From: an uncultured bacterium | GTDB lineage: Bacteria; UBP4; UBA4092 | Assembly: GCA_964644695.1 (NCBI GenBank) | Contig: CAZXWN010000001.1 | Coordinates: forward strand, 578,805 to 642,804 | Length of the DNA stretch: 64,000 bases | Reading direction: 5' to 3' | In this document: positions 9,793-19,796 of the stretch, piece after piece | How positions within the stretch are numbered: position 1 is the first letter of the stretch | Layout of the letters: every line of letters starts with the position of its first letter | Program-made: the position numbers and the translations under genes | Notes under the pieces: model-generated | The model's input: the letters and a program-made list of their open reading frames with translations, nothing else | The model's database searches: none | What the model was told of the DNA's origin: nothing

Positions 9793-9869
9793 GGTGGGTA
9801 TAGCGCAATGGTTAGAGCATCAGATTGTGGATCTGAAGGTTGCGGGTTCGAGTCCCGTTACCCACCCCA
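9793..9869 (+). tRNA. tRNA-His (anticodon GTG) with encoded G-1
   Basis: Extra 5' G pairing with discriminator C, acceptor GTGGGTA/TACCCAC, anticodon loop TTGTGGA, CCA encoded. Confidence 0.88.
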
Positions 9870-9872
9870 TTC

Positions 9873-9949
<77 letters not shown>

Positions 9950-10000
9950 TTGATATCACAGCTGACTTTAAGCTAAAATCTAAAGTCTTCTATTTTCAAC

Positions 10001-10076
10001 GGGCGGTTAGCTCAACTGGCAGAGCAGAGGACTCTTAATCCTAAGGTTCAGGGTTCGATTCCCTGACCGCCCACCA
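10001..10076 (+). tRNA. tRNA-Lys (anticodon CTT)
   Basis: Acceptor GGGCGGT/ACCGCCC, anticodon loop CTCTTAA, T-loop TTCGATT, CCA encoded. Confidence 0.88.
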
Positions 10077-10103
10077 CTAAATTAGCCTTTTATATTTACC
10101 TTT

Positions 10104-10188
10104 GCGAGAGTGGCGGAATTGGCAGACGCGCTAGACTTAGGATCTAGTGGGGAAACTCGTGAGGGTTCAACTCCCTCCTCTCGCACCA
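10104..10188 (+). tRNA. tRNA-Leu (anticodon TAG)
   Basis: Acceptor GCGAGAG/CTCTCGC, anticodon loop CTTAGGA, long variable arm (class II), CCA encoded. Confidence 0.88.
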
Positions 10189-10216
10189 GATACGCCCTCT
10201 CAAAATAAAATAAATA

Positions 10217-10247
10217 CTGGCGTGCCATATTTAACAGGACACGCCAG
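10217..10247. terminator. Hairpin between the tRNA cluster and the convergent ferredoxin gene (bidirectional terminator)
   Basis: CTGGCGTG-loop-CACGCCAG 8-bp perfect stem in AT-rich context. Confidence 0.6.
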
Positions 10248-10275
10248 CAACATATTTACTTCTTCTTATTCTTAG

Positions 10276-10509
10276 TTATTCGCCGTCATCACCAATAGAT
10301 TGAACCGGGCATTGTTCCAAAGCTTCCTTACATTTTGACAATTCTTCATCTGAAACAGGTTGTTTAAAAACAATGTCATGATCACCATCTTCAGATTCTT
10401 TAAAATGTTCTGGCGCAACTTCCATACAAAGATTACAAAAAATACAAGACTTATCAACATAATATTGTCCCGGTACATTATCTGACCAACGTTCATCCTT
10501 GTTTGGCAT
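10276..10509 (-). CDS. Small ferredoxin (single Fe-S cluster)
   Basis: 77 aa with CIFCNLCMEVAP...CP cluster-binding motif; acidic C-terminal half. Confidence 0.75.
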   Translation of the reverse strand: MPNKDERWSDNVPGQYYVDKSCIFCNLCMEVAPEHFKESEDGDHDIVFKQPVSDEELSKCKEALEQCPVQSIGDDGE

Positions 10510-10647
10510 CTAAGTTTCCTCCTAACTATTTTAATCATCATAAAATAAGAGATTAGTGAATGCAATGACCTGTTTCATTGCGCCACATTTCAAAACACGA
10601 TAAAATAATAGTTTAAACCCCAATTTACCAGATATTATTCTCAAATC

Positions 10648-11946
10648 ATGGAGTCACTCATGGATGTCAAAGTTTTGAAACTGGAAGATGCAGCAAACTG
10701 TGTAAAAAAGATTCAGATTGAATTAACAGAAACTGATATTTCTTTAAAAATGAATGAGCTATTCGATAAAATCCAAAAAACAGCCTCACTACCTGGCTTC
10801 CGTCCTGGTAAAGTTCCCCGCAACATGCTGATATCGCGATATAAAAAGGATGTAAAGTCTCAAGCTATTGAAGAACTTCTTCCTGAAGCATTTGAACAGA
10901 TTTCAAAAGACAATAACCTTGATGTATTCAGCCAACCCATAGTCACTGATCTCACTAATGAAGAGGGACAACCCGTTATCTGTACACTTGAGGTAGAACT
11001 AAAGCCTCAGGTAAAGTTAGGAGATTACTCTGGCATTAGTGTAAAGCAAAATGAAATCAATATCACTGAGCAAGAAATTGATGATGTTTTAAAGCGCCTA
11101 CAAGAACAACATGCCGCATACAACCCCGTTTCTGACCGTAAAGCCATAGATGGAGATTTGATTCATTTTGAAATGAAAGAGAAAGGGTCTACTTCAAAAA
11201 AGGAAGAAAAAGGTGAAACGACTATCCTTGGTCAAGGAATGTATCCGGAAGAAATTGAAAACGCCTTAAAGAATCTCTCTATAGAAGAAAGCACTGATGT
11301 GATAGTCACTTATCCAGCAGATCATTCAGAAAAGAATAAAGCTGGAAAGACTGTTGAATATCAAGTAAAGCTTAAAGAAGTAAAAACAAAAGTATTACCA
11401 AATCTTGACGACGATTTCGCTAAAGATTTAGGGAAACATGCAAACTTATCAGAACTTAAGGATGCCGTCAAAAAAGATATTCAACTTTACAAGGAAAATC
11501 GTGAAAAAGAATCCATGGAAAACCAATTATTAGATGAGTTAGTTAACAGAATGCCCATGGATCTACCAATGTCTCTTGTGTACCAAGGTGGACAGGAAAT
11601 ACTTCAGAGAACCCAACAAAACTTACAAATGCAGGGTTTAACTTTAGATAAGTTAAAAGCCACCCCTGAACAAATGGCGCAACAAAGCTTGGATTCTGCC
11701 CGCAAATCAATCACTGCAGCATATATTATTGATGCAATCGCCACAAAAGAAAATATTGTTGTAACAGATGAAGAATTCGAAAATGACATAAAATCTAAGG
11801 CAGAAGGATATGGTGTTAGTGTTGATAAATTCAAAGAATACTTAAACCAATCCAAAAAGCTTTCATCCATGAAGCATGATATGCTTCACGACAAAGTAGT
11901 AAACCATCTTTTAAGTTTAGCGAAAGTTGATATCAGTAAGGAATAA
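10648..11946 (+). CDS. tig: Trigger factor
   Basis: 432 aa; ribosome-binding signature GFRPGKVP in the N-domain; lies upstream of clpP-clpX as in most bacteria. Confidence 0.9.
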   Translation: MESLMDVKVLKLEDAANCVKKIQIELTETDISLKMNELFDKIQKTASLPGFRPGKVPRNMLISRYKKDVKSQAIEELLPEAFEQISKDNNLDVFSQPIVTDLTNEEGQPVICTLEVELKPQVKLGDYSGISVKQNEINITEQEIDDVLKRLQEQHAAYNPVSDRKAIDGDLIHFEMKEKGSTSKKEEKGETTILGQGMYPEEIENALKNLSIEESTDVIVTYPADHSEKNKAGKTVEYQVKLKEVKTKVLPNLDDDFAKDLGKHANLSELKDAVKKDIQLYKENREKESMENQLLDELVNRMPMDLPMSLVYQGGQEILQRTQQNLQMQGLTLDKLKATPEQMAQQSLDSARKSITAAYIIDAIATKENIVVTDEEFENDIKSKAEGYGVSVDKFKEYLNQSKKLSSMKHDMLHDKVVNHLLSLAKVDISKE

Positions 11947-11969
11947 ATTGCAACAAAAACGAGGAGAAC

Positions 11970-12566
11970 ATGGCGATGATTCCTTTTGTCATAGAACAAA
12001 CTAATCGTGGAGAACGCTCATACGATATTTACTCCAGATTGCTAAAAGAACGGATAATCTTTATAGGTACAGAAATAAATGATGATATAGCCAATCTAGT
12101 CATTGCCCAATTGTTATTCCTACAGTCAGAAGATCCCGATAAGGATATCCATCTTTATATCAATAGTCCTGGTGGTTCTGTAACTTCAGGATTAGCGATT
12201 TATGACACCATTCAATTTGTTAAGCCTGATGTAACAACCACCTGCATGGGACAAGCTGCCAGTATGGCGGCGGTTCTTATGTCAGCAGGTGCTGCTGGCA
12301 AAAGATATGCGCTTCCCAATTCGCGGATAATGATTCACCAACCTTGGGGTGGAGCACAAGGTCAGGCAGTTGATATTGATATCCAGGTCAAAGAAGTTCT
12401 CCGATTAAGAGAAAGTTTAAACCAGATATTGGCTCATCACACTGGCAGAGCAATTGAAGAAATTGTTAAAGATACAGACCGTGATTATTTCATGTCAGCC
12501 AAACAGGCTGTTGAATACGGTCTTATTGATGAAGTAATTGTATTGAACCGAAATACAGGAAAATAA
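11970..12566 (+). CDS. clpP: ATP-dependent Clp protease proteolytic subunit
   Basis: 198 aa with catalytic Ser (GQAASMAA) and His (MIHQP) motifs. Confidence 0.95.
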   Translation: MAMIPFVIEQTNRGERSYDIYSRLLKERIIFIGTEINDDIANLVIAQLLFLQSEDPDKDIHLYINSPGGSVTSGLAIYDTIQFVKPDVTTTCMGQAASMAAVLMSAGAAGKRYALPNSRIMIHQPWGGAQGQAVDIDIQVKEVLRLRESLNQILAHHTGRAIEEIVKDTDRDYFMSAKQAVEYGLIDEVIVLNRNTGK

Positions 12567-12577
12567 TCGTTATTTAA

Positions 12578-13843
12578 ATGACTGACTATAATAATTCACA
12601 AAGATGTTCTTTCTGTGGCAAATCAAAAAGCCAGGAACGAAAACTTATCGCCGGACCCGGTGTATTTATCTGTAATGACTGTATTAGTAAATGCAATTAT
12701 TTACTAATGCATGACCGTAATACAGACTTGCAACCCAATACGGCAACCAACCCCAAATTACCTAAACCGGCAGAGATTAAAGATCAACTTGACCAGTATG
12801 TCATTGGTCAGGACAGAGCAAAGAAATCGATGTCAGTAGCTGTTTATAACCACTATAAACGAATTCAACAGGCCTCTGTAAGAAAATCTGATGATGTTGA
12901 AATTCAAAAGAGTAATATCCTTCTCATAGGACCAACGGGATCAGGGAAAACTCTTTTAGCACAAACATTAGCCCGAATATTAAATGTGCCATTCATCATT
13001 GCCGACGCCACAACACTTACTGAAGCAGGATATGTGGGTGAAGATGTCGAAAACATACTCCTCCGGCTATTGCAGGCAACAAATTACGATGTTGCACGAG
13101 CTGAACAAGGTATTGTCTACATCGATGAAATTGATAAGATTGCAAAGAAATCTGAGAATGTATCCATCACTCGTGATGTGTCTGGCGAAGGTGTACAACA
13201 GGCCTTGTTAAAAATAGTTGAAGGCACTTTAGCAAATGTTCCTCCACAGGGAGGAAGAAAACATCCTCATCAGGAGTTCATTCAGATCAATACCACCAAT
13301 ATCTTATTCATTTGCGGCGGTGCTTTTGTTGGGCTAGATAAAATCATTGAAGAACGTGTCAGTAAATCCAGCATCGGGTTTGGTGCACCCGTAGTATCCA
13401 AAAAAGATAAATTGACGGGTGAAGTGATGAACAAGGTTGAACCAGAGGACTTGATAAAGTTTGGAATGATTCCTGAATTTATTGGTCGTCTTCCCGTCGT
13501 GTCAGTGGCACATGATTTAAGAGAACAGGATATGATCAGGATTCTGACTGAGCCAAAGAATGCATTGGTTAAACAATTCCAGAAAATCTTTGAAATGGAA
13601 GATGTAAAACTCACAATTCAATCTAAGGCACTCAACGCGATTGCTCGTGAAGCCATGAAACGAGGGACAGGCGCGCGCGGATTAAGATCCATCTTTGAAG
13701 AGATTCTTTTGGATGTCATGTTTGATGTACCCTCACGTGAGGATGTTGAAGAATGTATCATCACTCCGGAAACAGTCCAAAAGAAAAAGAAGCCGCAATT
13801 ACGGCTTCTTAATCAAGAAAACCAAGTTAATTCTGCCTCTTAA
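12578..13843 (+). CDS. clpX: ATP-dependent Clp protease ATP-binding subunit ClpX
   Basis: 421 aa; N-terminal C4 zinc finger (CSFCGK...CNDC), Walker [13 protein letters not shown] pore loop. Confidence 0.95.
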   Translation: MTDYNNSQRCSFCGKSKSQERKLIAGPGVFICNDCISKCNYLLMHDRNTDLQPNTATNPKLPKPAEIKDQLDQYVIGQDRAKKSMSVAVYNHYKRIQQASVRKSDDVEIQKSNILLIGPTGSGKTLLAQTLARILNVPFIIADATTLTEAGYVGEDVENILLRLLQATNYDVARAEQGIVYIDEIDKIAKKSENVSITRDVSGEGVQQALLKIVEGTLANVPPQGGRKHPHQEFIQINTTNILFICGGAFVGLDKIIEERVSKSSIGFGAPVVSKKDKLTGEVMNKVEPEDLIKFGMIPEFIGRLPVVSVAHDLREQDMIRILTEPKNALVKQFQKIFEMEDVKLTIQSKALNAIAREAMKRGTGARGLRSIFEEILLDVMFDVPSREDVEECIITPETVQKKKKPQLRLLNQENQVNSAS

Positions 13844-13849
13844 GCTGTT

Positions 13850-14434
13850 TTATAAGACACCTTTTGTAGAAGGGACTCCCGCAAATCGGGGGTCCTTTTC
13901 TGTTGCGGCCCTTAGTGCTCTGGCAACACCTTTAAAAACAGCTTCCGCAATATGGTGAAGATTCTCACCTCGGACCAGGTCAATATGGAGGTTTATACGA
14001 GCATTGGTTACAAATGCTCTAAAAAACTCTTCAACCAGTTCCATATCAAATTCGCCTACCTTACTCTTTGCAAGTGGAACATGGTATTCCAGATGAGGTC
14101 TTCCACCAATATCTACCGCAACATTGACCAGGGATTCATCCATGGGTAAGCTTAATGACGAATATCTTCGAATTCCAGCCCCATCACCCAACGCATCTTT
14201 AAAGGCATTTCCAAGGCAAATGCCCACATCTTCGACACAGTGGTGAAAGTCCACCTGTAAATCACCCTGAGCTTCAATAGTAAGATCAAATAAACCATGT
14301 CTGCTAAAAAGTTCAAGCATATGATTGAAAAAACCAATGCCTGTATTTATGGAATATTTTCCAGTTCCATCAATAACCATCTGTAATTGAATATTTGTTT
14401 CAGTAGTTTTTCGTTTTAATTTTGCCTGACGCAT
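13850..14434 (-). CDS. hisB: Imidazoleglycerol-phosphate dehydratase
   Basis: 194 aa with duplicated IGPD metal-binding motifs (HHCVED / HHIAEA). Confidence 0.9.
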   Translation of the reverse strand: MRQAKLKRKTTETNIQLQMVIDGTGKYSINTGIGFFNHMLELFSRHGLFDLTIEAQGDLQVDFHHCVEDVGICLGNAFKDALGDGAGIRRYSSLSLPMDESLVNVAVDIGGRPHLEYHVPLAKSKVGEFDMELVEEFFRAFVTNARINLHIDLVRGENLHHIAEAVFKGVARALRAATEKDPRFAGVPSTKGVL

Positions 14435-14443
14435 ATTCCCTCC

Positions 14444-15346
14444 TTAGATCAAAACTTTCTTAAATGTCCAAAAAACTCTTGAGATATGAGCATCAACAGC
14501 TTTCAGGTAAAAACCAATGGGCCCTACCCAAGGAATGATTGAATAATGGAATCCCATATTCTTTTGGTCCTGTAAACAACGTTTGAGTAATATTTCACCC
14601 AATCGCTTTCCTCTCATATCCGGATGCGTTCCCATAGGTCCAAACCAGGGTAACCCAACATTATTACCATTATAAGCTGAAAAAGCGACAACACTCCCAT
14701 TTAATATGGCAATATGAAGAGAGATGGGGTCATTCTTAAAAGTCTGATTGACTTCATAGTTCCACATCTCCCATATAGGATCTGTAAATTTTATAACCGC
14801 TTCCTTTTCATCAGGAGCAGCCCTCTTAATAATAATACCTTCCTCACCCAGCTTTTTCTCTTCATCCACAGTCGAAAAGTCCATGTCTTCCAAATCAACA
14901 TTCATGTTAATATGTTCGCCAGTCTTTTCAAAACCCAACTTCTGAAGAAAAACGATTCCCTCGGTATAACGCGGATCTAATCCAGGCATGAAGTAATTCA
15001 AGGGGACATCCATAACCTTAAATTCCGTAGCACCCAGTTTTTTTAATTCAACTTCCAGAGTTTTTACTAACTCAGTACCAATATTGTTGCGGCGGAAATC
15101 AGGATCAACAGCCATCAATTTGATCCAACCAGTTTTCCCCTTGTAATAATCTCGGAAAGCACCAATAACAAAGCCCAGTACTTTCTGGTCATCTTTCATA
15201 ACCCAATTTAATTGGGGAAGATAAGATGGATCTCCAAAACATTTTTCCTCAATCAAATCAATGGATACCTGATCATATTCTAAGGCTCTCGACGCAAGTT
15301 CAGTTACTTGTTTCAGATCTTCCCGTGTCAGAATTTCCAATTTCAT
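14444..15346 (-). CDS. Tandem-GNAT N-acetyltransferase (two acetyltransferase domains; MshD-like architecture)
   Basis: 300 aa; two GNAT-like halves, each with a motif-A-like R/Q-x-x-G-x-G/A segment (RRNNIGTELV; RGKRLGEIL). Confidence 0.6.
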   Translation of the reverse strand: MKLEILTREDLKQVTELASRALEYDQVSIDLIEEKCFGDPSYLPQLNWVMKDDQKVLGFVIGAFRDYYKGKTGWIKLMAVDPDFRRNNIGTELVKTLEVELKKLGATEFKVMDVPLNYFMPGLDPRYTEGIVFLQKLGFEKTGEHINMNVDLEDMDFSTVDEEKKLGEEGIIIKRAAPDEKEAVIKFTDPIWEMWNYEVNQTFKNDPISLHIAILNGSVVAFSAYNGNNVGLPWFGPMGTHPDMRGKRLGEILLKRCLQDQKNMGFHYSIIPWVGPIGFYLKAVDAHISRVFWTFKKVLI

Positions 15347-16329
15347 TTTAATAACCTCATTTTGCTGTATTCCATTACTTTATGAATAATCTCTTCCAGT
15401 TTAACTTCTGGCTTAAAACCCGTTAATTGGTTGATTTTATCAATACAGGGAACTCTTCGATGCATATCTTCAAACCCTGTCTGATAGGCTTTCTCATAGG
15501 GAATAAAATCAATATGAGATTTACTCCCAGTTACTTCAATAATTTTTTTGGCTAAATCTCTTATTTTTATTTCGTCATTACTTCCTAAATTATAAATCTG
15601 TCCAACAGCCGAAGGAATAAAAGGTAATTTTTTTAATACTTTTACCAAATCCCCCACATAACAGAAACAACGACTCTGGTTACCCGTTCCAAATACAGTT
15701 ATAGGTTCATTCTTCATCGCTTGATTGACGAAACGAGGTAAGACCATTCCATAGGTCCCAACTTGCCTTGGTCCGCAGATGTTAAAAAACCGGGCGATGA
15801 CAACAGGCAAACCTTTTTCGCGATGATAGGCTAAGGCTAGAAGTTCATCAATGGCTTTTGAGTCGGAATAACCCCATCGCGCAATATGGGTAGAGCCCAA
15901 TATTCTGTCATCTTCTTCACGCAGAGGAACTCGATCGTTTTTACCATATATTTCAGATGTAGAGGCTATTATGACCTTTTTGTTACCACATTCAGCGGCA
16001 AATTCCAGAACATTCTCAGTTCCCTTGATATTTGTTTCCAGGGACTTCAACGGATGTTCAATCACATATTTAACTCCCACGGATGCAGCAAGATGATAGA
16101 TAACATCAACATCTTTAATCAATTTTTTCATTAATTGACGCTGCATTACGGAACCCTTAACAATATGAACAATATCCTTCACAGCATCCAAGTTACGCTT
16201 TTGTCCTGTCGAAAAATCATCAATAACTTTTATCTGATGCCCTTCTTTTACCAAGGCTTCCACCAGATGAGAACCAATAAAACCAGCTCCTCCAGTAACC
16301 AGAATTTTACAAGGGGTAACTTTTGTCAT
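15343..16329 (-). CDS. NAD-dependent sugar-nucleotide epimerase/dehydratase (UDP-glucuronate decarboxylase / dTDP-glucose 4,6-dehydratase-like SDR)
   Basis: 328 aa; Rossmann motif VTGGAGFIGSHL, catalytic YxxxK (YSDSK); 4-nt overlap with the downstream GNAT gene. Confidence 0.8.
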   Translation of the reverse strand: MTKVTPCKILVTGGAGFIGSHLVEALVKEGHQIKVIDDFSTGQKRNLDAVKDIVHIVKGSVMQRQLMKKLIKDVDVIYHLAASVGVKYVIEHPLKSLETNIKGTENVLEFAAECGNKKVIIASTSEIYGKNDRVPLREEDDRILGSTHIARWGYSDSKAIDELLALAYHREKGLPVVIARFFNICGPRQVGTYGMVLPRFVNQAMKNEPITVFGTGNQSRCFCYVGDLVKVLKKLPFIPSAVGQIYNLGSNDEIKIRDLAKKIIEVTGSKSHIDFIPYEKAYQTGFEDMHRRVPCIDKINQLTGFKPEVKLEEIIHKVMEYSKMRLLK

Positions 16330-16453
16330 AATTTAATACAATCCATTCATCGTAATATGTCCTCTTATATCAATGAAATCATATCATTATTTATATAAAA
16401 TTGAATGATTTTGGAATTCACCTCTTCATATTATATATAGGGTCCATCCGAAG

Positions 16454-16498
16454 CGAATCATCCACGGAGCTGCTCGGAATAGCTCCGTGGATGATTCG
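16454..16498. repeat. Palindromic hairpin repeat family B, copy 1. CGAATCATCCACGGAGCT - loop gctcggaat - AGCTCCGTGGATGATTCG; lies in the divergent epimerase/rsmD intergenic region
   Basis: 18-bp perfect inverted repeat; a 38-nt core CACGGAGCTGCTCGrAATAGCTCCGTGGATGrTTCGTT recurs at 59309. Confidence 0.8.
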
Positions 16499-16594
16499 TT
16501 GCAGGAAAACAGGTATGATCAGATTTCCCGTGTAGAGAAGGTTGTTTTAAATGATGTTATGTCAGTATCCTGGAATATCCGTTAAAATATAACA

Positions 16595-17188
16595 ATGAGA
16601 ATAATAGCTGGCACTGCCCGACATCGAATCATTAAACCTGTACCTGATCAGTTAACACGCCCTACAACTGACCGAATTAAAGAATCCATTTTTAATATTC
16701 TGCAATTCCAGATTGCGGATAAACGCATTCTTGATATTTTTTCAGGAACGGGAAACATGGCCTTGGAATCCCTTAGCCGTGGGGCAAGAAATGCTGTCTA
16801 TATTGACCAACGAAAAATCAGTATCGAAACCATTCAAGAGAATATTCGCTCTCTGGGATTTGAAAAACAATCCCGAGTCATTTTTTCAACAGCCCTTAAA
16901 GCGATTGAGACTTTAGGAAATGAAAAAGCGACATTTGACATCATATTCTGTGATCCTCCCTACAATAAAGGTTTTGAAATTCCAACCATGGAATTATTAG
17001 CTGCGACAAATCTCCTGGATCCAGAAGGAATATTAATCGTCCGCCATCAACAAAATACAGTGTTACCCGAAACAGTCGCCACTTTTCATTTAGCAAGGCA
17101 AAAAAAATACGGAGATTGCCGAGTGTCTTTTTACTCACTTAAATCACCGGATTCAGATTCAAATACTGAGGAGACATTATGCCCATAG
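16595..17188 (+). CDS. rsmD: 16S rRNA (guanine966-N2)-methyltransferase
   Basis: 197 aa; RsmD N-terminus MRIIAGTARHRI and the DPPY catalytic motif. Confidence 0.85.
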   Translation: MRIIAGTARHRIIKPVPDQLTRPTTDRIKESIFNILQFQIADKRILDIFSGTGNMALESLSRGARNAVYIDQRKISIETIQENIRSLGFEKQSRVIFSTALKAIETLGNEKATFDIIFCDPPYNKGFEIPTMELLAATNLLDPEGILIVRHQQNTVLPETVATFHLARQKKYGDCRVSFYSLKSPDSDSNTEETLCP

Positions 17189-17673
17189 TATCTGCCATCT
17201 ATCCTGGAACTTTCGACCCCATCACCAATGCCCATCTGGACTTGATCCAGCGGGGACTAGAACTTTTTGATGAAGTGATTGTCGCCATCGCTCCCAACCC
17301 AGTTAAAGGGCCCACCTTCACAACGGATGAAAGGGTTCATCTTGTGGAGGAAACCTTGCGCGCAAATAAGCTTGATAAAGCACGGGTCGAATCTTTCGAA
17401 GGCCTTTTAGTTGATTACGTTGAAAAGAAGAACTGTAAAATCATCATCCGGGGACTTAGAGCTGTTTCTGATTTCGAATATGAATTTCAAATGGCGTTAA
17501 TGAACCGAAAACTGGCCCCAGATATTGAAACCATTTTTCTGATGCCCAGCGAGTCATATACATTTCTTTCTTCGCATATGGTCAAAGAAGTATGTAAATT
17601 GGGGGGAGACGTCTCCGAGTTGGTACCGGACATTGTAAACAATGCCATGAAGAATAAGTTCTTTGGTAAATAA
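17179..17673 (+). CDS. coaD: Phosphopantetheine adenylyltransferase
   Basis: 164 aa; YPGTFDPITNAHLD nucleotidyltransferase motif; overlaps the rsmD stop. Confidence 0.9.
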   Translation: MPIVSAIYPGTFDPITNAHLDLIQRGLELFDEVIVAIAPNPVKGPTFTTDERVHLVEETLRANKLDKARVESFEGLLVDYVEKKNCKIIIRGLRAVSDFEYEFQMALMNRKLAPDIETIFLMPSESYTFLSSHMVKEVCKLGGDVSELVPDIVNNAMKNKFFGK

Positions 17674-17674
17674 A

Positions 17675-19246
17675 ATGAAGTATCTGTCCCGATATCCCCT
17701 AATCTGGATATTCGTTCTTGCATCACTTATCAGATTATGGGATTTGGGTAATTTACCTAATGGTTTTTTTCGAGATGAAGCCGCAAAAGGTTATAACGGC
17801 TGGTTGCTTTCAACCCAAGGTCATGACATTGACGGCCAACATTATCCTCTATTCACCAGAGAACTCGCCACCTATAATTCCGCTTTCTATACCTACCTGA
17901 CAATTCCTTTTATAAAGCTGGCAGGGTTATCTGAAACTACGACTCGACTCCCGGCAGCAATCGCCGGGATACTAACTGTCTTATTGCTTTATATCGTGAT
18001 ACGCAAATTATTTAATGAACGTATTGCCGTATGGTCATCTTTTTTTCTGGCGGTCTCCCCATGGCATGTTCAATTCTCACGATGGGCAAACCAAGGTATC
18101 TTGGTTCCATTATTTGCTTTAGGACTCATCTATTTTTTACATCAGGCCATTGAAAAGGAGAAATCTAAAGATCGGGGGAATCCTCCTGAAGTAGCCCGAG
18201 AAAGCCTGTTATTTCTTGTATTTGCGAGCCTATGTGGCGGGATGATGGTTTATACCTATGACATAACAAAAGTCTTCCTTCCCTTACTTTTAGTTTTATT
18301 AATCGGTACCTATTGGCAATTCTGGAAAAAGCACTTTCTCAAGCTATCAATATTTTGTATTTTAGTTTTATTGATTTGCATCCCCAGTCTATTAAACACT
18401 CTTGGCAACAACATTCAAAGTCAGGCCCGTTTTAACAGAATTTCCCTGTTATCACAACCCTTCACTCCATGGGAAATGGCATGGCAATTCATACTAAATT
18501 GGTTTTCGCACTACAATCCAGGGTACCTTTTTATTCATGGAGATATGAATCTGAGGCACTCAACCGGCTATACCGGCCTACTGTTGTGGATTGAGCCTTT
18601 ACTTATTATTCTGGGCCTTTACTGGCTATGGAAACATAAAACACCTGAATCTAAATTATGGATTGGCTGGTTTATTATTTATCCCATTCCATCCAGCCTA
18701 ACAATGGAGGGAATTCCCCATGCCCTCAGATCAATCCCCGGAGTTGTTGTATTTCCTGTCGTCAGTGCTCTGGGTTTAATTTATCTATTAGAATTGATTC
18801 AAAAGTACCAACCTCAAAAAATTCATTTTTACAAAACTGTTATTATGTTGTTGACGAGTGCTTTAGCACTATATTTTCTGTGCATTTATTTTGGACCCTA
18901 TCAATATGCTTCACAGGAACCTTTCCAGTACGGAATGAATAAAACAGTAACCTGGTGGAATGATAATAAAAATAGCTTCTCAAGGACAGTCGTATCACCT
19001 TCCTTGGGAATGCCAGAGATATTCTTTCTTTTCTACAACCAAATTCCTGATAATTTTGGAAATTATTTTCAAAAATCAAATCTTTACTTCGAGGTTTCAG
19101 AAACAGATATTCAGCAATGGACTCAATCTGAGGGAAAACCAACATTATATATATTAGGCCCTGATGATTTTCCTGAAGCCCGAACAATCCATCAAATTAC
19201 GGATTCAAAGGGGAAAATGGTCATAAAAATGGCTATTTACCCCTAA
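17675..19246 (+). CDS. GT-C membrane glycosyltransferase, PMT/ArnT family (GT39/GT83-like), paralog 1
   Basis: About 523 aa polytopic membrane protein with the conserved first-loop acidic motif (FFRDEAAKGYNGW) typical of polyprenyl-phosphate-sugar-dependent GT-C enzymes. ATG at 17675 is preferred over the TTG at 17663 given in the ORF track. Confidence 0.7.
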   Translation: MKYLSRYPLIWIFVLASLIRLWDLGNLPNGFFRDEAAKGYNGWLLSTQGHDIDGQHYPLFTRELATYNSAFYTYLTIPFIKLAGLSETTTRLPAAIAGILTVLLLYIVIRKLFNERIAVWSSFFLAVSPWHVQFSRWANQGILVPLFALGLIYFLHQAIEKEKSKDRGNPPEVARESLLFLVFASLCGGMMVYTYDITKVFLPLLLVLLIGTYWQFWKKHFLKLSIFCILVLLICIPSLLNTLGNNIQSQARFNRISLLSQPFTPWEMAWQFILNWFSHYNPGYLFIHGDMNLRHSTGYTGLLLWIEPLLIILGLYWLWKHKTPESKLWIGWFIIYPIPSSLTMEGIPHALRSIPGVVVFPVVSALGLIYLLELIQKYQPQKIHFYKTVIMLLTSALALYFLCIYFGPYQYASQEPFQYGMNKTVTWWNDNKNSFSRTVVSPSLGMPEIFFLFYNQIPDNFGNYFQKSNLYFEVSETDIQQWTQSEGKPTLYILGPDDFPEARTIHQITDSKGKMVIKMAIYP

Positions 19247-19334
19247 ATTACATTCAAATTGGACAAGAAATACCGCTTAAATCTATAATATTTAAATCTT
19301 TATGCCAAATTCCTGCAAAACTCGGGAGATAAAT

Positions 19335-19724
19335 ATGGAAAAGAAATTAACAGTCATTGGTGAAGGTACCGTTCTTAAGGGTACTTTACGCTCAGAAGAA
19401 TCCGTCCAGATTGATGGACAGTTTGATGGCGATTTGGATGTTAAACAATCATTGATCGTGGGTCCAAATGCGCAAGTAAAGGCAAGCATCACAGCCGGAG
19501 AGGTTAAGATTAGTGGTTTTGTTAATGGCAATATTGTTGCCAAAGACCGCTTAGAAATATTATCCTCTGGTAAACTTTTGGGTGATATTAAGACCCCAAG
19601 ACTTACAATCGCCGAAGGTGTTGTGTTTGAAGGACATTGCAGTATGGGTACAGATAGAAAACCAGACGCTGCCCCACAAAGTCCAATATCACAACCTGTT
19701 CCTGGCAAACTTGCTGGCTTATAA
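19335..19724 (+). CDS. Bactofilin (polymer-forming cytoskeletal protein, CcmA-like)
   Basis: Beta-helical DUF583-type repeats (IDGQFDGDLDVKQSLIVGPNAQVKASITAGEVKISGFVNGNIVA); strong GGGAGA RBS before the ATG at 19335, so the track's 19302 start is probably too long. Confidence 0.8.
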   Translation: MEKKLTVIGEGTVLKGTLRSEESVQIDGQFDGDLDVKQSLIVGPNAQVKASITAGEVKISGFVNGNIVAKDRLEILSSGKLLGDIKTPRLTIAEGVVFEGHCSMGTDRKPDAAPQSPISQPVPGKLAGL

Positions 19725-19796
19725 TAGTTGACCGTTAACTAACTTCTAAAATAGGATTAATTCTATACAATCGTTATCGACTGGAGGTGTTGGCCT

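Noticed and set aside
10272-10565. 97-aa ORF overlapping the ferredoxin gene in a different frame
   Set aside because: The 77-aa frame carries the CxxCxxC...CP cluster motif, and the longer frame is low-complexity.
17663-17674. TTG start for GT-C paralog 1 given by the ORF track
   Set aside because: It overlaps the coaD stop with no RBS. The ATG at 17675 directly after the coaD TAA is the more plausible start, so coordinates were adjusted.
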